A DNA stretch of 64,000 bases from Thermoplasmata archaeon. Its GTDB lineage: Archaea > Thermoplasmatota > Thermoplasmata > RBG-16-68-12 > JAFNFQ01. Under the pieces are notes generated by a model that ran no database searches, was not told where the DNA came from, and saw nothing but the letters and a program-made list of their open reading frames with translations. This document shows, piece after piece, positions 29,101 to 39,888 of this stretch. The stretch lies in contig JBGPQV010000003.1 in assembly GCA_041489255.1 (NCBI GenBank), forward strand, positions 105,836 through 169,835. The letters run 5' to 3'. Position numbers and translations under genes: made by a program. Position 1 is the first letter of the stretch. Each line of letters opens with the position of its first letter.

Positions 29101-29851
29101 GCGCTCCGATGGCCTGCTGGAGGTAGCTGAGATTCGCGAACACGTTCTGGGCGATTGTCCCGCCGCTCGAGAGGCTGAACCGGCCCATGCCGCCGTCCTT
29201 GACGACCATGAGAACCGATAGATCAATCGAGACCTGCTTGGTGAAGCTGGAGTAGATGCTCTCGACGGAGAACTCCGGGCTCCTTGTGGTGATCCTCAGT
29301 GAGCTACCTGCGGACGCGTCGAGCGCATCCGCCAACTTCTGGTTGATTATCGCCTCACCGGGAGCAACCTCCGGCGTGAGGCTCCCGCCATCGAGAGTCT
29401 GGAAATTGCCGAAAGAATAGAACAAGCCGTTGTATCCGACGATGTTCACGCTCGACTCGACCGGCCCCGACGCTCCCTGCCTCACCGAACCCCCTAGAAT
29501 CAGCAGAGGGGCAAGGCCATCGGTTGCTGCCGCCACGGAGGGATCTGCGGAGACGCTGTCGAAGATCATCTCGTTGAACAGTCCATCGGAATGTATGACC
29601 TCGTCAACCGCCCCGAGGTTCGCATAGACCTGTTCCACGACCCCGTGCTTCATCGAATCGCCGACCGCCAGTGAGCCCGTCACCATCGCGGAGCCGACGA
29701 TCAGCCCCGCCACCGTGAGCGCGGTCAGTCGCTTCTTCTTGAGGAAGAAGCTGAGGGCGAGCTTGAGCAATGCCGGCGATCTCGCCGCCATGGCCAGGAC
29801 GGCAACGACGACCGCCAAGAACACGACCAGCGAGGGAACGAGCGCGTCCAT
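26198..29851 (-). CDS. ABC transporter permease, duplicated FtsX/MacB-type (1217 aa)
   Basis: Two ER..EIG.L.AIG motifs, two large extracellular domains, C-terminal PA.RAA.M.PVDALR.E. Confidence 0.92.
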   Translation of the reverse strand: MDALVPSLVVFLAVVVAVLAMAARSPALLKLALSFFLKKKRLTALTVAGLIVGSAMVTGSLAVGDSMKHGVVEQVYANLGAVDEVIHSDGLFNEMIFDSVSADPSVAAATDGLAPLLILGGSVRQGASGPVESSVNIVGYNGLFYSFGNFQTLDGGSLTPEVAPGEAIINQKLADALDASAGSSLRITTRSPEFSVESIYSSFTKQVSIDLSVLMVVKDGGMGRFSLSSGGTIAQNVFANLSYLQQAIGAPSYINTIVVSNIGDDREGVKTSGDATSRLQIAIDEAVGFRDLRFNIIASSYVRIENENVFFDERYVDAVGAMIGSVAGMENVSALTSYFVNNISFGAVSIPYSTVTGLNPHADYAFGAFTDNITKSPIIGGIQDNEIIITNYTAARLGARVGDTVSLNYSVYTSTFRQVYRNATFAVKHVVDLTGKALDPDIMPPFPGIKGKASCVDWDPTWVSGDEMRSQMSYADLDYWLLYGGTPKAYITLDKAKGLWVNDLGNITTIKVKGTNLPQLRSDISSRLNATILGGDAGLSVLPVKANGIESAEGVQLLTETFLSFGVVVMISGIILAVALVGMVMEGRRREIGVLKTIGMKRVQVTRTFAIEAFLVSVISSAVGILVGLLIAFLCILLTNAFWSNIVEGTTVRLYFTPDTVVVGFVAGFLVSFFAFVLSAHKISGQLLATALREHGGWRSKRTLAPALILLGGIVMIGSNFMPIDFPTGSAVFLAGAALMFFSLPWVAWTPRLRVYLLLTWSIALIVLAIVISFIVASTSESVPFVLFFASGFAIIAALIGVLSVGLRRIASGLSRILTIAGANGGTLRIAFLTPAKKVGRTCLAVSLFAIVIFTYLGLSVNIQGQQANIDNMVVRQGAGYDVMGESSISVRFDLGNQTDRASNGIVNFPANSSVVQFLTYGQIGGSCSNLKKNLPPRLIGANESFMLDSLLRFQAPASGGQSTWDALETVEADGAIPAIGDSNTVVWILGKGVGDHITIADERGNEVQLVIVGITENSIFPGSVFISEGNINRLYPTTAEYRLFLFKTPDPPAMVSYLESKMQAYGMDGTLVEDLARSNLSVEWSYMGLFQALLLLGLLVGIFGLAVSSARAVEERKAEIGILRAIGFGRSMVMNSLLLESVYTASLGAIIGIVAGLLTSFLFFGRGTLLSNNVAIPWLAMLLIVIVVDATALFAAIIPANRAASMHPVDALRKEQ

Positions 29852-30058
29852 TCTCTCCTATGGGTGGCGCCATTGCGGCTCGCTTACTTGAAGGCTTTCA
29901 ACTGCGGTTATGGAAAACATGCATCTCGGTCGCATGTGACGATGCGAGCCTTTCATCGGCCGCGGTCCTTCGGCTGCCCTCGACATTCTTCCCGACGCTG
30001 CATGTAGAAAGAGTCTTATACCTCACTCAGCTATGATATTGAGACTCGGCAAAAGGCC

Positions 30059-30065
30059 TTTATAC
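30059..30065 (+). promoter_or_regulatory. TATA box of 16S rRNA promoter
   Basis: TTTATAC preceded by purine-rich BRE-like AAAAGG, about 200 nt upstream of the mature 16S. Confidence 0.55.
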
Positions 30066-30263
30066 AAAAGGCTGTTAAGCCGGGTTCGTCGACAGCTTCC
30101 GGCGAAGGCCCGGACCTATGATGGGTCATCTTCCGAAGCTGCCAACATAATGGAGGTTTGAGAAAACCGGAAAGCCGTGACCTCTCAAATCCGACGTCCG
30201 ATGAACCAGAGGTGTCATAGCTTCCCTGCTAATTTCTAAAGATAAGTCGCTAGGTGTGGACCA

Positions 30264-31730
<1,467 letters not shown>

Positions 31731-31895
31731 AAGAAATTTCGAGGCGATCTGCGAGGCCGCGGTAACCGCGGTCAATGAAGCAGGTCTACCTTGGGCAGGA
31801 AGGCTCTGACCCTCTGTTCGTCGGACGTCCCTCCACCCTTTTTTGGGGACTCATGTGAGGCCACCCCCTAGACATTCTGGCGGGGACCTGCCGGC

Positions 31896-32861
31896 CTACA
31901 GCCATTTCTTGCGTCTGAGGTAGATGAACGTGATGAGCGAGAAGACGATCATCAGGCCGAGGGCGATGCCCAGGCCGAGCGGCTCGAGGAAGCCCGGGTA
32001 CCAGACGTTCATCCCGAAGGCGCTCGTGATTATGCTTGCGGGGATCGTGATCGTGAAGATGACCGTGAGGACCTTGATGACCTCGTTGAGCGAGTTGGAC
32101 ACGAGGGTCGACTGGACCTCCATGAGGCTGGTGACGACCTCCCTGTGAGTGTCCAGGTTGTCCAGGACGAGGATCATGTGATCGTAGATGTCCCTCAGGT
32201 AGACCCGCATCTCCTTCCTGAAGACCGGCATCTCGGCCCGCGACAGCTGCGCGACCATGTCCCTCTCCGGCGTCAGGAGGTTCCTCAGCCTGAGGAGGTC
32301 CGTGCGTATGTCGTGTATCTGGTTGATGCTCGTCTTCATCGGCGCCTTGATGACCTCGTCCTCGAGCTTCGAGATGACCTCGCTGAAATGATCCAGGTGC
32401 GGGAAGTAGCTGTCCACTATCGTGTCCATGATGACGTAGAACAGGTAGTCGGTCCCGCTCTTGAGCAGCTTGGGGTTCTTCCTCCTGATCCTGACGCGGA
32501 TATCCTCGAGCTGCGGGAAGACCTTGTCGTGTATGGTGATGAGGAAGTGCCTGGACAGGAACATGCTCAGCTGGTCCGTCGTGATCTCCTCGGTCCAGAC
32601 AATCGTCCTGGCCACGATGAACAGCGTGTCGTCGTAGACCTCGACCTTCGGTGTGACGTACGACCTCGTGCTGTCCTCGAGCGCGAGGGGATGGAGGGCG
32701 AAGAGGGTCTCGAGCTCCTGCATCGTCCTCGAGTCAGGGTCGACAACGTTGACCCATGTGACGTTGAACTTCTCGACCAGCTCGCGGCATCGCCCGACCG
32801 TGGCATCCTGCTCCTCGACCATCTCGGTAGGAGAGTACGCGATGACTTCGATGCGGGCCAC
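31896..32861 (-). CDS. corA: Magnesium/cobalt transporter CorA
   Basis: LHPLALED, YLRDIYDH, LNEVIKVLT...FGMN signature, two C-terminal TMs. Confidence 0.95.
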   Translation of the reverse strand: MARIEVIAYSPTEMVEEQDATVGRCRELVEKFNVTWVNVVDPDSRTMQELETLFALHPLALEDSTRSYVTPKVEVYDDTLFIVARTIVWTEEITTDQLSMFLSRHFLITIHDKVFPQLEDIRVRIRRKNPKLLKSGTDYLFYVIMDTIVDSYFPHLDHFSEVISKLEDEVIKAPMKTSINQIHDIRTDLLRLRNLLTPERDMVAQLSRAEMPVFRKEMRVYLRDIYDHMILVLDNLDTHREVVTSLMEVQSTLVSNSLNEVIKVLTVIFTITIPASIITSAFGMNVWYPGFLEPLGLGIALGLMIVFSLITFIYLRRKKWL

Positions 32862-32900
32862 GCTGGCGGGAAGCCACGGCGGTGTATTTAGGTGTTAGGT

Positions 32901-33500
32901 CTATCGCGCCGCCGTCCGTCTCAGTCGTGCGATGGAATCTTTGCGGACCAAACGCGTCTCCTTCTCTCCATGTACCGCAAGATAATGGTCCCAGCCCATG
33001 TAGGTGATCGGCGTTGCTTTCTCCAGATTCACCTTTCCATTCTTCCTGAAAGCCGCCTTCGACCAGTGCGTGGCCACGACCTTGCCCACAAACCAGTCAT
33101 GGTCACCGCACTTGAGCTTCGAGAGAAGCCTGCACTCGATGGCGAAGTAGGCCTTCTTCAGGATTGGCACATCCAATATGCGAGGCTTTGATTTCTCGAT
33201 CCCAAACTCCGCGAACTTGTCCACGGCTCTACCGGAGCAGCCACCGACCGCGGCGATCAGCTCCGCGTCCTTGGCTGGCATGAAGTTCACCGCAAACGCC
33301 CTGCTCTTAGTTATCAGTCCGTGAGTGAACCTCTTCGGCGAAATCGAGACACCGTACGCGGGCGGATCCATGGATACAATCACGTGCCATGCCACCGCCA
33401 TCGCGTTCTCCCTCTTGCCGGACTTGGCGGTGACTATCGTTGCGAGCGTCGGGTAATATCCGTAGATGTCCGCGAGTCCTTTCGCGCTTGTCTTCAACAC
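32901..33500 (-). CDS. Flavin reductase-like FMN-binding protein
   Basis: NAMAVAW...S.DPP...FAVNF...GGCSGR.VDKF...IECRL...GDHDWFVGKV. Confidence 0.9.
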   Translation of the reverse strand: MLKTSAKGLADIYGYYPTLATIVTAKSGKRENAMAVAWHVIVSMDPPAYGVSISPKRFTHGLITKSRAFAVNFMPAKDAELIAAVGGCSGRAVDKFAEFGIEKSKPRILDVPILKKAYFAIECRLLSKLKCGDHDWFVGKVVATHWSKAAFRKNGKVNLEKATPITYMGWDHYLAVHGEKETRLVRKDSIARLRRTAAR

Positions 33501-33650
33501 AAATCGCCTCCATGAAGTGCCGATTCACACCCGGATATGCGGAGCGCCATCTAAACATATTCTTTATAGGGCAGCGCCAAATCCTCATGACACGGAGCGG
33601 GAGACCCGGAATCTGGCCACAGTTCCCGCCACGAAGATGAAGGTGACAAC

Positions 33651-36600
33651 ATGGTGACGAAGAAAGCCCGCCACTCCCCGAAGGAGTCGTACGCGGATAT
33701 GGTGTTCAACAAGACGCTCGTGGAGATCGACGAGGTCGCGAAGAAGCTGGCGGACCTCGAGCAGGCGCGTCAGAACAACAAGCTGATCATGATCGCCTCG
33801 GAGGCCATGTGCCCCAAGCCAGTGCGAGAGGCGCTCTCCTCCACATACACGAACCTCTATGCCGAGGGCTACCCCCGCAGGAGGATGATGACGGAGGAGC
33901 GCAAGTCCCTGGAGGACCTCGACAGGCAGATGGTGCTCCACAGGCGCTACCAGGACAGGCGCTATTACAAGGGATGCGACTACATCAACATGGTAGAGGC
34001 CATCGCGCAGAGGAGGGTCGCCGAGCTGTTCGCGACCGAGAAGACGCCGGCGGAACACATCTTCGCGAACGTACAGCCGCACTCAGGCGCGACAGCGAAC
34101 AACGAGATCTACGAAGCCTTCCTGAAGATTGGCGACACGGTCATGGGCATGGCCCTCTCCAGCGGCGGTCACCTGACCCACGGCAGCAGGGCGAACAGGT
34201 CGGGGAAGCATTACAAGATAGTCTCCTACGACGTCGACCTCACGACGGGCAAGGTGGACTACGAGAAGGTGAGGCAGCTCGCGCTGCAGCACAAGCCTAG
34301 GATGATCATCGGCGGCTACAGCGCGCACACCTGGGATGTTGACTGGAAGAAGCTCAGGGAGATCGCTGACGAGGTCGGCGATTGCTTCGTGCACGCTGAC
34401 ATCTCTCACATCGCCGGGCTCATCGCCGGCGGCATGCTCTCGAACCCTATCGATTACGCGCAGACTGTCGTGTTCACCACGCAGAAGACGCTCTGCGGCC
34501 CGAGGGGCGCGGTCATCCTGACGACCGACATCGACAGGGCAAGGAGGATCGACTCCGCGGTCTTCCCTGGCGAGCAGAGCGGGGCGCACTTCAACAACAT
34601 ACTAGCCAAGGCGGTCTGCTTCGAGATCGCGAAGACGGACGCCTTCAGGGCGCTGCAGAGGCAGATAGTCAGGAACGCGCAGGCGCTGGCGAAGGAGCTG
34701 CAGAGGCTCGGGATGCACATCGCCTATGGGGGGACCGAGAACCACATCGTCCTCATAAGCCTCCGAGAGCTGAGGCAGGGAGGGTTCAACTTAACGGGCG
34801 AGGTCGCCTCGCGCATACTCGACCTGTGCGGCATCACGTGCAACAAGAACGAGATCTCAGGAGACGAGACAGCGGTCCACCCGTCCGCCGTCAGGCTCGG
34901 GACCACCTGGATCACCCAGAAGGGGCTCAAGGAGGAGCACATGGCCCGCCTCGCGAGGATTATCCACTCCGTGCTGACCGGCATCATCCCGTTCGACTAC
35001 ATCGGCACCTCGAAGGACATGGCGAGGGGCAAGGTCAGCTTCGACAGGATCGTGAAGGCGAGGAAGGGCGTGGCGGAGCTGGTCGGGGAGATGGAATCCG
35101 AGGGCGAGCCGATGGCGCTCGACTACCCGCACTTCACCGTCGCCCCGAAGATGAAGGGGAGGACGACGCCCCTCTTCGACACCTACAAGTCCGCAGGTGC
35201 GAAGTTCGTCGAGAGGAACGGCTGGAAGGTCCCGAGGGAAGTCTCGGGGCTGAAGAGCGAATTGAAAGCATCCAAGAAGAACGCGGTCCTCATCGATTCA
35301 TCGGACATTCCCGCCATCGATATCTCTGGCGAGAAGTCGACGGAATTCCTGCAGGGCATCATCACGAAGAATGTTTACGGCCTCCGGGAGAACCAGGGGC
35401 TGCAGTCGCTGATGCTCGATCCAGACGGTGGTGTCATGGCCACGGTCGACCTGTTCAGAATGGGTGACAGCGAGCACGGTCCGAGGTATGTCCTCACGGG
35501 GCTGAACGCCCTCGGGGATGAGGTGAAGGAATGGATGTGCGCGCTCTCGGACGGCTACACCCGACATGACATCGACGTTTTCATGAAGATTGAGGGGCCG
35601 GTCATGATCCGCGACATGTCCGCGGGCGACGGGCTGTGGGCGGCGTTCGATGTGGCGGGAAGGGGAGCTGCGAAGGTCGTCGGACGCATCGCGGGGCGGC
35701 TGCCAGAGAGCGGCTCGCCTTGGCTGAAGCATTTCAATCATGGCGGGAACCTCGTCGAACTGATGAAGCTGAGCAAGAAAGGCCAGCCTGACAGGTTCAG
35801 GCTGTGCGGGAGTGGAGGCGTGATCGCCCGCGTCTTCCAGAAGATGCTCTCGCTAGATGGCGGGAAGGCTGCCTCGGCGGCGGGAATACTTGCGAGAGAT
35901 GTGATAGGCCGTCTGCAAGGCATCCCTGATGGCGGGAAAGTGGCGGGCCACCAAGTCCTGAGGCGCAGACCAGATCTGTTCGACGTCACGAAGCCCTACT
36001 TCGTCGGCGTCGACATGCTAAAGCTCAAGGACGAGGCCAGGCCGATAATCTTCACCGAGCCAAAGCCCAAGGAAGGCGAACTCAAGAAGAGCTTCCTGCT
36101 CGACCTGCACCGGGAACTGTACCCGAGCGTCGCCATGCACCCGTTCGCCGGGTGGGAGATGCCGGTCGTCTTCGAGTCGATCCGCTCCGAGCACGCGAAC
36201 GTGCGGGAGAACGCGGGCCTGTTCGACCTGTCGCACATGGGCATTTTCGAGATAACAGGGCCGTATGCAGCCAGGTTCATCGACATCGTCGCGAGCAACT
36301 ACCTGAAGTCGATGCACCCGGGCCACTCGCACTACTCATACGTCCTAGGCACCCAGGGGAGAGTCTTGGACGACATCTTCGTCTACTGCCTCGGGAAGGA
36401 GCGCTTCATCATCGTCGCCAACGCGGCCAACTCCGACAAGGTCGAGAAGTGGCTCGACTCCGTCAACGAGGGCAAGGTCTCGCTCACCTATGGCGGGAGG
36501 AAGATCAAACTCGAAGGCAATGCGGACATCAGGAACCTCAAGACCCCGCAAGCGCAGAACAACAGGAAGATGCTCATCGCGCTGCAGGGCCCGAAGTCCC

Positions 36601-37316
36601 GCCAGATGCTCTCCCAGGTCGTCACCAAGGACCACGCGAAGTTCATGAGGATGAAGAAGTTCGAGATCGGCGAGTTCAGCATCAAGGGGACGCCCTGCTT
36701 CCTTTCGAGGACGGGCTACACGGGCGAGGACGTCGGCTACGAGATATTCGTGCACCCGCAGAAGGCCGCCGCCATGTGGAAGCTGCTGCTGAGCCTCGGC
36801 GCGAAGCCTGCGGGTCTTGGTGCGAGGGATTCCACGAGGACAGAGGCCGGCCTGCCTCTCTGGGGCCACGAGCTCGCGGGGCCGGACGGCATCAGCCCGA
36901 TAGAGGCCGGCTACGGCATGTTCGTCAAGCTGCACAAGCCGTTCTTCATAGGGCGCGACGAGATGATGCGCCAGGCCCTCAACAGGAAGAGGGATGTGGT
37001 CAGGTTCAAGATCGACAAGAAGGGCGCGCGCATAGTCCGGAGGGGAGACGCAGTCGCGACGAATGAGGGCGAGATCATAGGCGAGGTCACCAGCAGCGTC
37101 GTCGTAGGAACGGTGCAGGTCGGACTTGCGCTGCTCTCCCGCGGTCGCGTCGCGAGCAAGGACACGATCATCGTAGGGCTGACGCATGCCCTGAGCGAGC
37201 CGGACCGCCAGAAGTTCAAGGTCGGCGGGAAGCTGGACATCGCGATACAGAGCGAGACGGGCGCGGTGCTGCCAAGGTTCCCGCCAAGGTTGCAGCGCGG
37301 GACCGTCTGGCACTAG
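33651..37316 (+). CDS. Fusion of serine hydroxymethyltransferase, a degenerate GcvT-like domain and GcvT aminomethyltransferase
   Basis: IASE, YAEGYP, NVQPHSGA, GGHLTHG, TTQKTL.GPRGA (SHMT); RTTPL...NGW..P (GcvT-like); FAGWEMP, GLFDLSHMG, SRTGYTGEDVGYEI, GLGARDSTRTEAG (GcvT). Confidence 0.93.
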   Translation: MVTKKARHSPKESYADMVFNKTLVEIDEVAKKLADLEQARQNNKLIMIASEAMCPKPVREALSSTYTNLYAEGYPRRRMMTEERKSLEDLDRQMVLHRRYQDRRYYKGCDYINMVEAIAQRRVAELFATEKTPAEHIFANVQPHSGATANNEIYEAFLKIGDTVMGMALSSGGHLTHGSRANRSGKHYKIVSYDVDLTTGKVDYEKVRQLALQHKPRMIIGGYSAHTWDVDWKKLREIADEVGDCFVHADISHIAGLIAGGMLSNPIDYAQTVVFTTQKTLCGPRGAVILTTDIDRARRIDSAVFPGEQSGAHFNNILAKAVCFEIAKTDAFRALQRQIVRNAQALAKELQRLGMHIAYGGTENHIVLISLRELRQGGFNLTGEVASRILDLCGITCNKNEISGDETAVHPSAVRLGTTWITQKGLKEEHMARLARIIHSVLTGIIPFDYIGTSKDMARGKVSFDRIVKARKGVAELVGEMESEGEPMALDYPHFTVAPKMKGRTTPLFDTYKSAGAKFVERNGWKVPREVSGLKSELKASKKNAVLIDSSDIPAIDISGEKSTEFLQGIITKNVYGLRENQGLQSLMLDPDGGVMATVDLFRMGDSEHGPRYVLTGLNALGDEVKEWMCALSDGYTRHDIDVFMKIEGPVMIRDMSAGDGLWAAFDVAGRGAAKVVGRIAGRLPESGSPWLKHFNHGGNLVELMKLSKKGQPDRFRLCGSGGVIARVFQKMLSLDGGKAASAAGILARDVIGRLQGIPDGGKVAGHQVLRRRPDLFDVTKPYFVGVDMLKLKDEARPIIFTEPKPKEGELKKSFLLDLHRELYPSVAMHPFAGWEMPVVFESIRSEHANVRENAGLFDLSHMGIFEITGPYAARFIDIVASNYLKSMHPGHSHYSYVLGTQGRVLDDIFVYCLGKERFIIVANAANSDKVEKWLDSVNEGKVSLTYGGRKIKLEGNADIRNLKTPQAQNNRKMLIALQGPKSRQMLSQVVTKDHAKFMRMKKFEIGEFSIKGTPCFLSRTGYTGEDVGYEIFVHPQKAAAMWKLLLSLGAKPAGLGARDSTRTEAGLPLWGHELAGPDGISPIEAGYGMFVKLHKPFFIGRDEMMRQALNRKRDVVRFKIDKKGARIVRRGDAVATNEGEIIGEVTSSVVVGTVQVGLALLSRGRVASKDTIIVGLTHALSEPDRQKFKVGGKLDIAIQSETGAVLPRFPPRLQRGTVWH

Positions 37317-37459
37317 AGCCGCAATCACCGCCAACCGTGGTCACGTCCGCGGTCAAGCCTTGAGGATACTTGCCAAATCCTTAAGATTCCGACCCGCTGT
37401 CTTCGCGACCGACAAGACCCAGCGCAGCCGCAACGCAGTTTGGAAGCTAGGTGTCAATC

Positions 37460-38206
37460 ATGGCGGGAGATTCGGGCAAGCACCACGGCGCATCCGACCT
37501 TGTTCTTCTCGTCGAGGAGAACGCGAAGGCGCTCATGCCCGAAGTTGATCTTCAAATCCTCACGATCGAGCCGGCTGATGGCGGTGGCCCTGACACGATG
37601 AGGGTCCATCCCGCCACCGTGGACAAGGCGCTGTGCGCGCACTGCCTCGCGTGCATCAAGCTTTGCCCGTCCCTCACCTGGGACATGGAGAAGGCGCGGG
37701 TGATTGTGAACGAGGTCTCGTGCAAGGGATGCGGGATATGCGGCTCGGTCTGCCCGACCGGAGCTATATCCCAGAGGCAGTTCAGCCCCGGCATGGTCCT
37801 CGATGCTCTGGGGAGAATCTGGGATGGAGAGGGAAACGGAGAGGAAATCACCAGCTGCGGCTCCTGCCCCGTCGAGCCTCTAGGAGCGAGGATGGCGAAG
37901 AAGGTCGAAATCAATGGTCTCCCGGTCAGGCTTCTCTGCTCCGGACGCGCCGAGCCGATACAGGTCCTCGAGAGCCTTCAGCTCGGAGTCCACGGCATCC
38001 TCATGGTCGACTGCTTCAGCAACGTGAAGCAGAAGGAGCGGTTCGAGAAGGGGAGGAAGCGCCTCGAGAGCGGTCAGAAGCTCCTCAGGACGCTCGGCTC
38101 GGGGAGCGTGCAGATCGAGGCGGCGAACATCTCCTCGGACAACATCAACGAACTTGGTCGCGCTTTGAGCAAGTTCTCCGGTCATCGCGGCGGTGATAAA
38201 GTATGA
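37460..38206 (+). CDS. HdrA C-terminal-like 2x[4Fe-4S] ferredoxin fused to an MvhD-like domain
   Basis: CAHCLACIKLCP, CKGCGICGSVCPTGAI, then CGSC...LCSGR...G.HGILMVDC. Confidence 0.75.
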   Translation: MAGDSGKHHGASDLVLLVEENAKALMPEVDLQILTIEPADGGGPDTMRVHPATVDKALCAHCLACIKLCPSLTWDMEKARVIVNEVSCKGCGICGSVCPTGAISQRQFSPGMVLDALGRIWDGEGNGEEITSCGSCPVEPLGARMAKKVEINGLPVRLLCSGRAEPIQVLESLQLGVHGILMVDCFSNVKQKERFEKGRKRLESGQKLLRTLGSGSVQIEAANISSDNINELGRALSKFSGHRGGDKV

Positions 38207-39354
38207 AGAGCGAGCTGGAGAGCATGCTCAAGGAGACGAGGGCTTTCCTGTGCCTCGATTGCGGGAAGTGCACCGGCTCGTGCCCGATAGCCCGCCTCGG
38301 CGGCAACTATTCGCCTCGCATGCACATCGCGCGCATGGTGTACGGATACGGGAGCGACGTCCTCGCGGACCTAGATATGTTCTCCTGCTTGACGTGCGGG
38401 CTCTGCGAGACGCATTGTCCCAGCAACGTCGGCTTCGTCGACTTCATGAGCAGGGTCAGGGCCATGTCTGCAGAGGAGAGGAGGGGCGGCTTCTGCGCTC
38501 ACGCGGGCATCACGCAGACTCTCGCGCGGATGATGGCCGACGATGGCGGGAACCAGGATAGACTTTCCTGGGTAGATGGCGGTCTGAAGACGGCGGAGAG
38601 CGGCGAGGTGCTCTATTTCGTCGGCTGCCTGCCCTACTTCGACACGATATTCGATTACATCAAGATCGAGGGCACGGGGATTGCGAAGAGTACGGTCGAG
38701 TTGCTCAACAAGCTCGGCGTGACTCCCGCGGTGATGAGGAACGAGGTCTGCTGCGGGCACGACCTGTTCTGGTCTGGGGACCGTGAGAACTTCGAGAAGC
38801 TCGTGAGAAAGAACATCGAGGCGATCGTGAAGACCGGGGCAAAGACGATCGTCACCAGCTGCGCGGAGTGCTTCAGGACACTAAAGACGGAATATCCCAA
38901 GTTCGCGAAGTTCGACTTCGAGGTAAAGCACATCTCGCAGTTCGTCTCAGAGAAGCTAGGAACATCTTCACTGAAGATGTCGAAGCTCGAAGGTGTCGTC
39001 ACGTACCAGGACCCATGCAGGCTCGGGCGGCACATGAAGGTCTACGAGCCACCCAGGGAGGTGCTGGCGAAGATACCGGGCGTGCGGCTCGTCGAGATGG
39101 ACAGGAACAGGAGCGACGCAATCTGCTGCGGCACGACTCACTTCCTCAACTGCGACAACATCTCCGAGGCGATCCGCAGGGACAGGTTCGCGGAGGCCCT
39201 CGACACCGGCGCACAGACCCTGGTCACGGCATGCCCCAAGTGCCAGATACACTTCAAGTGCTCCCAGTCGAACAGGATGCAACAAGAGGGCGTTGGAAGA
39301 CTTCGAATCACGGACTTCGCGACTCTGGTGAATGCGCAGCTGTCAAAGGCATAG
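38203..39354 (+). CDS. HdrD/GlpC-like Fe-S oxidoreductase (2x4Fe-4S plus two CCG domains)
   Basis: CLDCGKCTGSCP, CLTCGLCETHCP, YFVGC, EVCCG, YQDPCRLGR, ICCG, TACPKC. Confidence 0.9.
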   Translation: MKSELESMLKETRAFLCLDCGKCTGSCPIARLGGNYSPRMHIARMVYGYGSDVLADLDMFSCLTCGLCETHCPSNVGFVDFMSRVRAMSAEERRGGFCAHAGITQTLARMMADDGGNQDRLSWVDGGLKTAESGEVLYFVGCLPYFDTIFDYIKIEGTGIAKSTVELLNKLGVTPAVMRNEVCCGHDLFWSGDRENFEKLVRKNIEAIVKTGAKTIVTSCAECFRTLKTEYPKFAKFDFEVKHISQFVSEKLGTSSLKMSKLEGVVTYQDPCRLGRHMKVYEPPREVLAKIPGVRLVEMDRNRSDAICCGTTHFLNCDNISEAIRRDRFAEALDTGAQTLVTACPKCQIHFKCSQSNRMQQEGVGRLRITDFATLVNAQLSKA

Positions 39355-39440
39355 TCCATTGAGACGACATCCGACACCCGCAAGGGCTCCTTTAAATTCC
39401 CACATGCTACACGATGATTCCACCAAGCAAAAGGCTTAAA

Positions 39441-39462
39441 TGATATCAGTTTGATATATCAA
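39441..39462. promoter_or_regulatory. Palindromic operator pair for the RHH protein
   Basis: TGATATCA and TTGATATATCAA between a CTTAAAT TATA box and the start codon. Confidence 0.55.
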
Positions 39463-39472
39463 GGGAGACCTC

Positions 39473-39727
39473 ATGGCGGAGAACCAGATTCTGTTCCGAG
39501 TATCGAAGGAGACATTGGACGAGCTGGACGAAGCCATTTCAGTTCGAGGATTCAAGACGCGCAACGAGTGGCTTCGGGCGCAGATCAGGCTGTTCCTTGA
39601 GGAGACGAGGCAAAGCAGGCTTCAAGAACTCCTGGACAAGACGACGACGAAAGGCGTTAGGGAGGAAGACATCGTCGCAATGGTCAAGGAATGGCGGGAG
39701 AAGAAGCGCAACCGCGGCAGGCCGTAG
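39473..39727 (+). CDS. Ribbon-helix-helix (CopG-type) antitoxin-like protein
   Basis: ILFRVSKETLDELDE...GFKTRNEWLRAQIR; C-terminal EEDIVAMVKEWR. Confidence 0.8.
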   Translation: MAENQILFRVSKETLDELDEAISVRGFKTRNEWLRAQIRLFLEETRQSRLQELLDKTTTKGVREEDIVAMVKEWREKKRNRGRP

Positions 39728-39888
39728 CAGACCGTGTAGCTGCGGCCTCAGGCAATGATGATAGCCCTTCTCCGAGACTTCGTCTTCCCCGGGCAGGATT
39801 GAGGCACTTCCTGCGCAGTCTTGAAGTCGATAATCGAACATAACGTTTATAATGTCGATGTTGCATACTTGACATCGGGATTATAATC

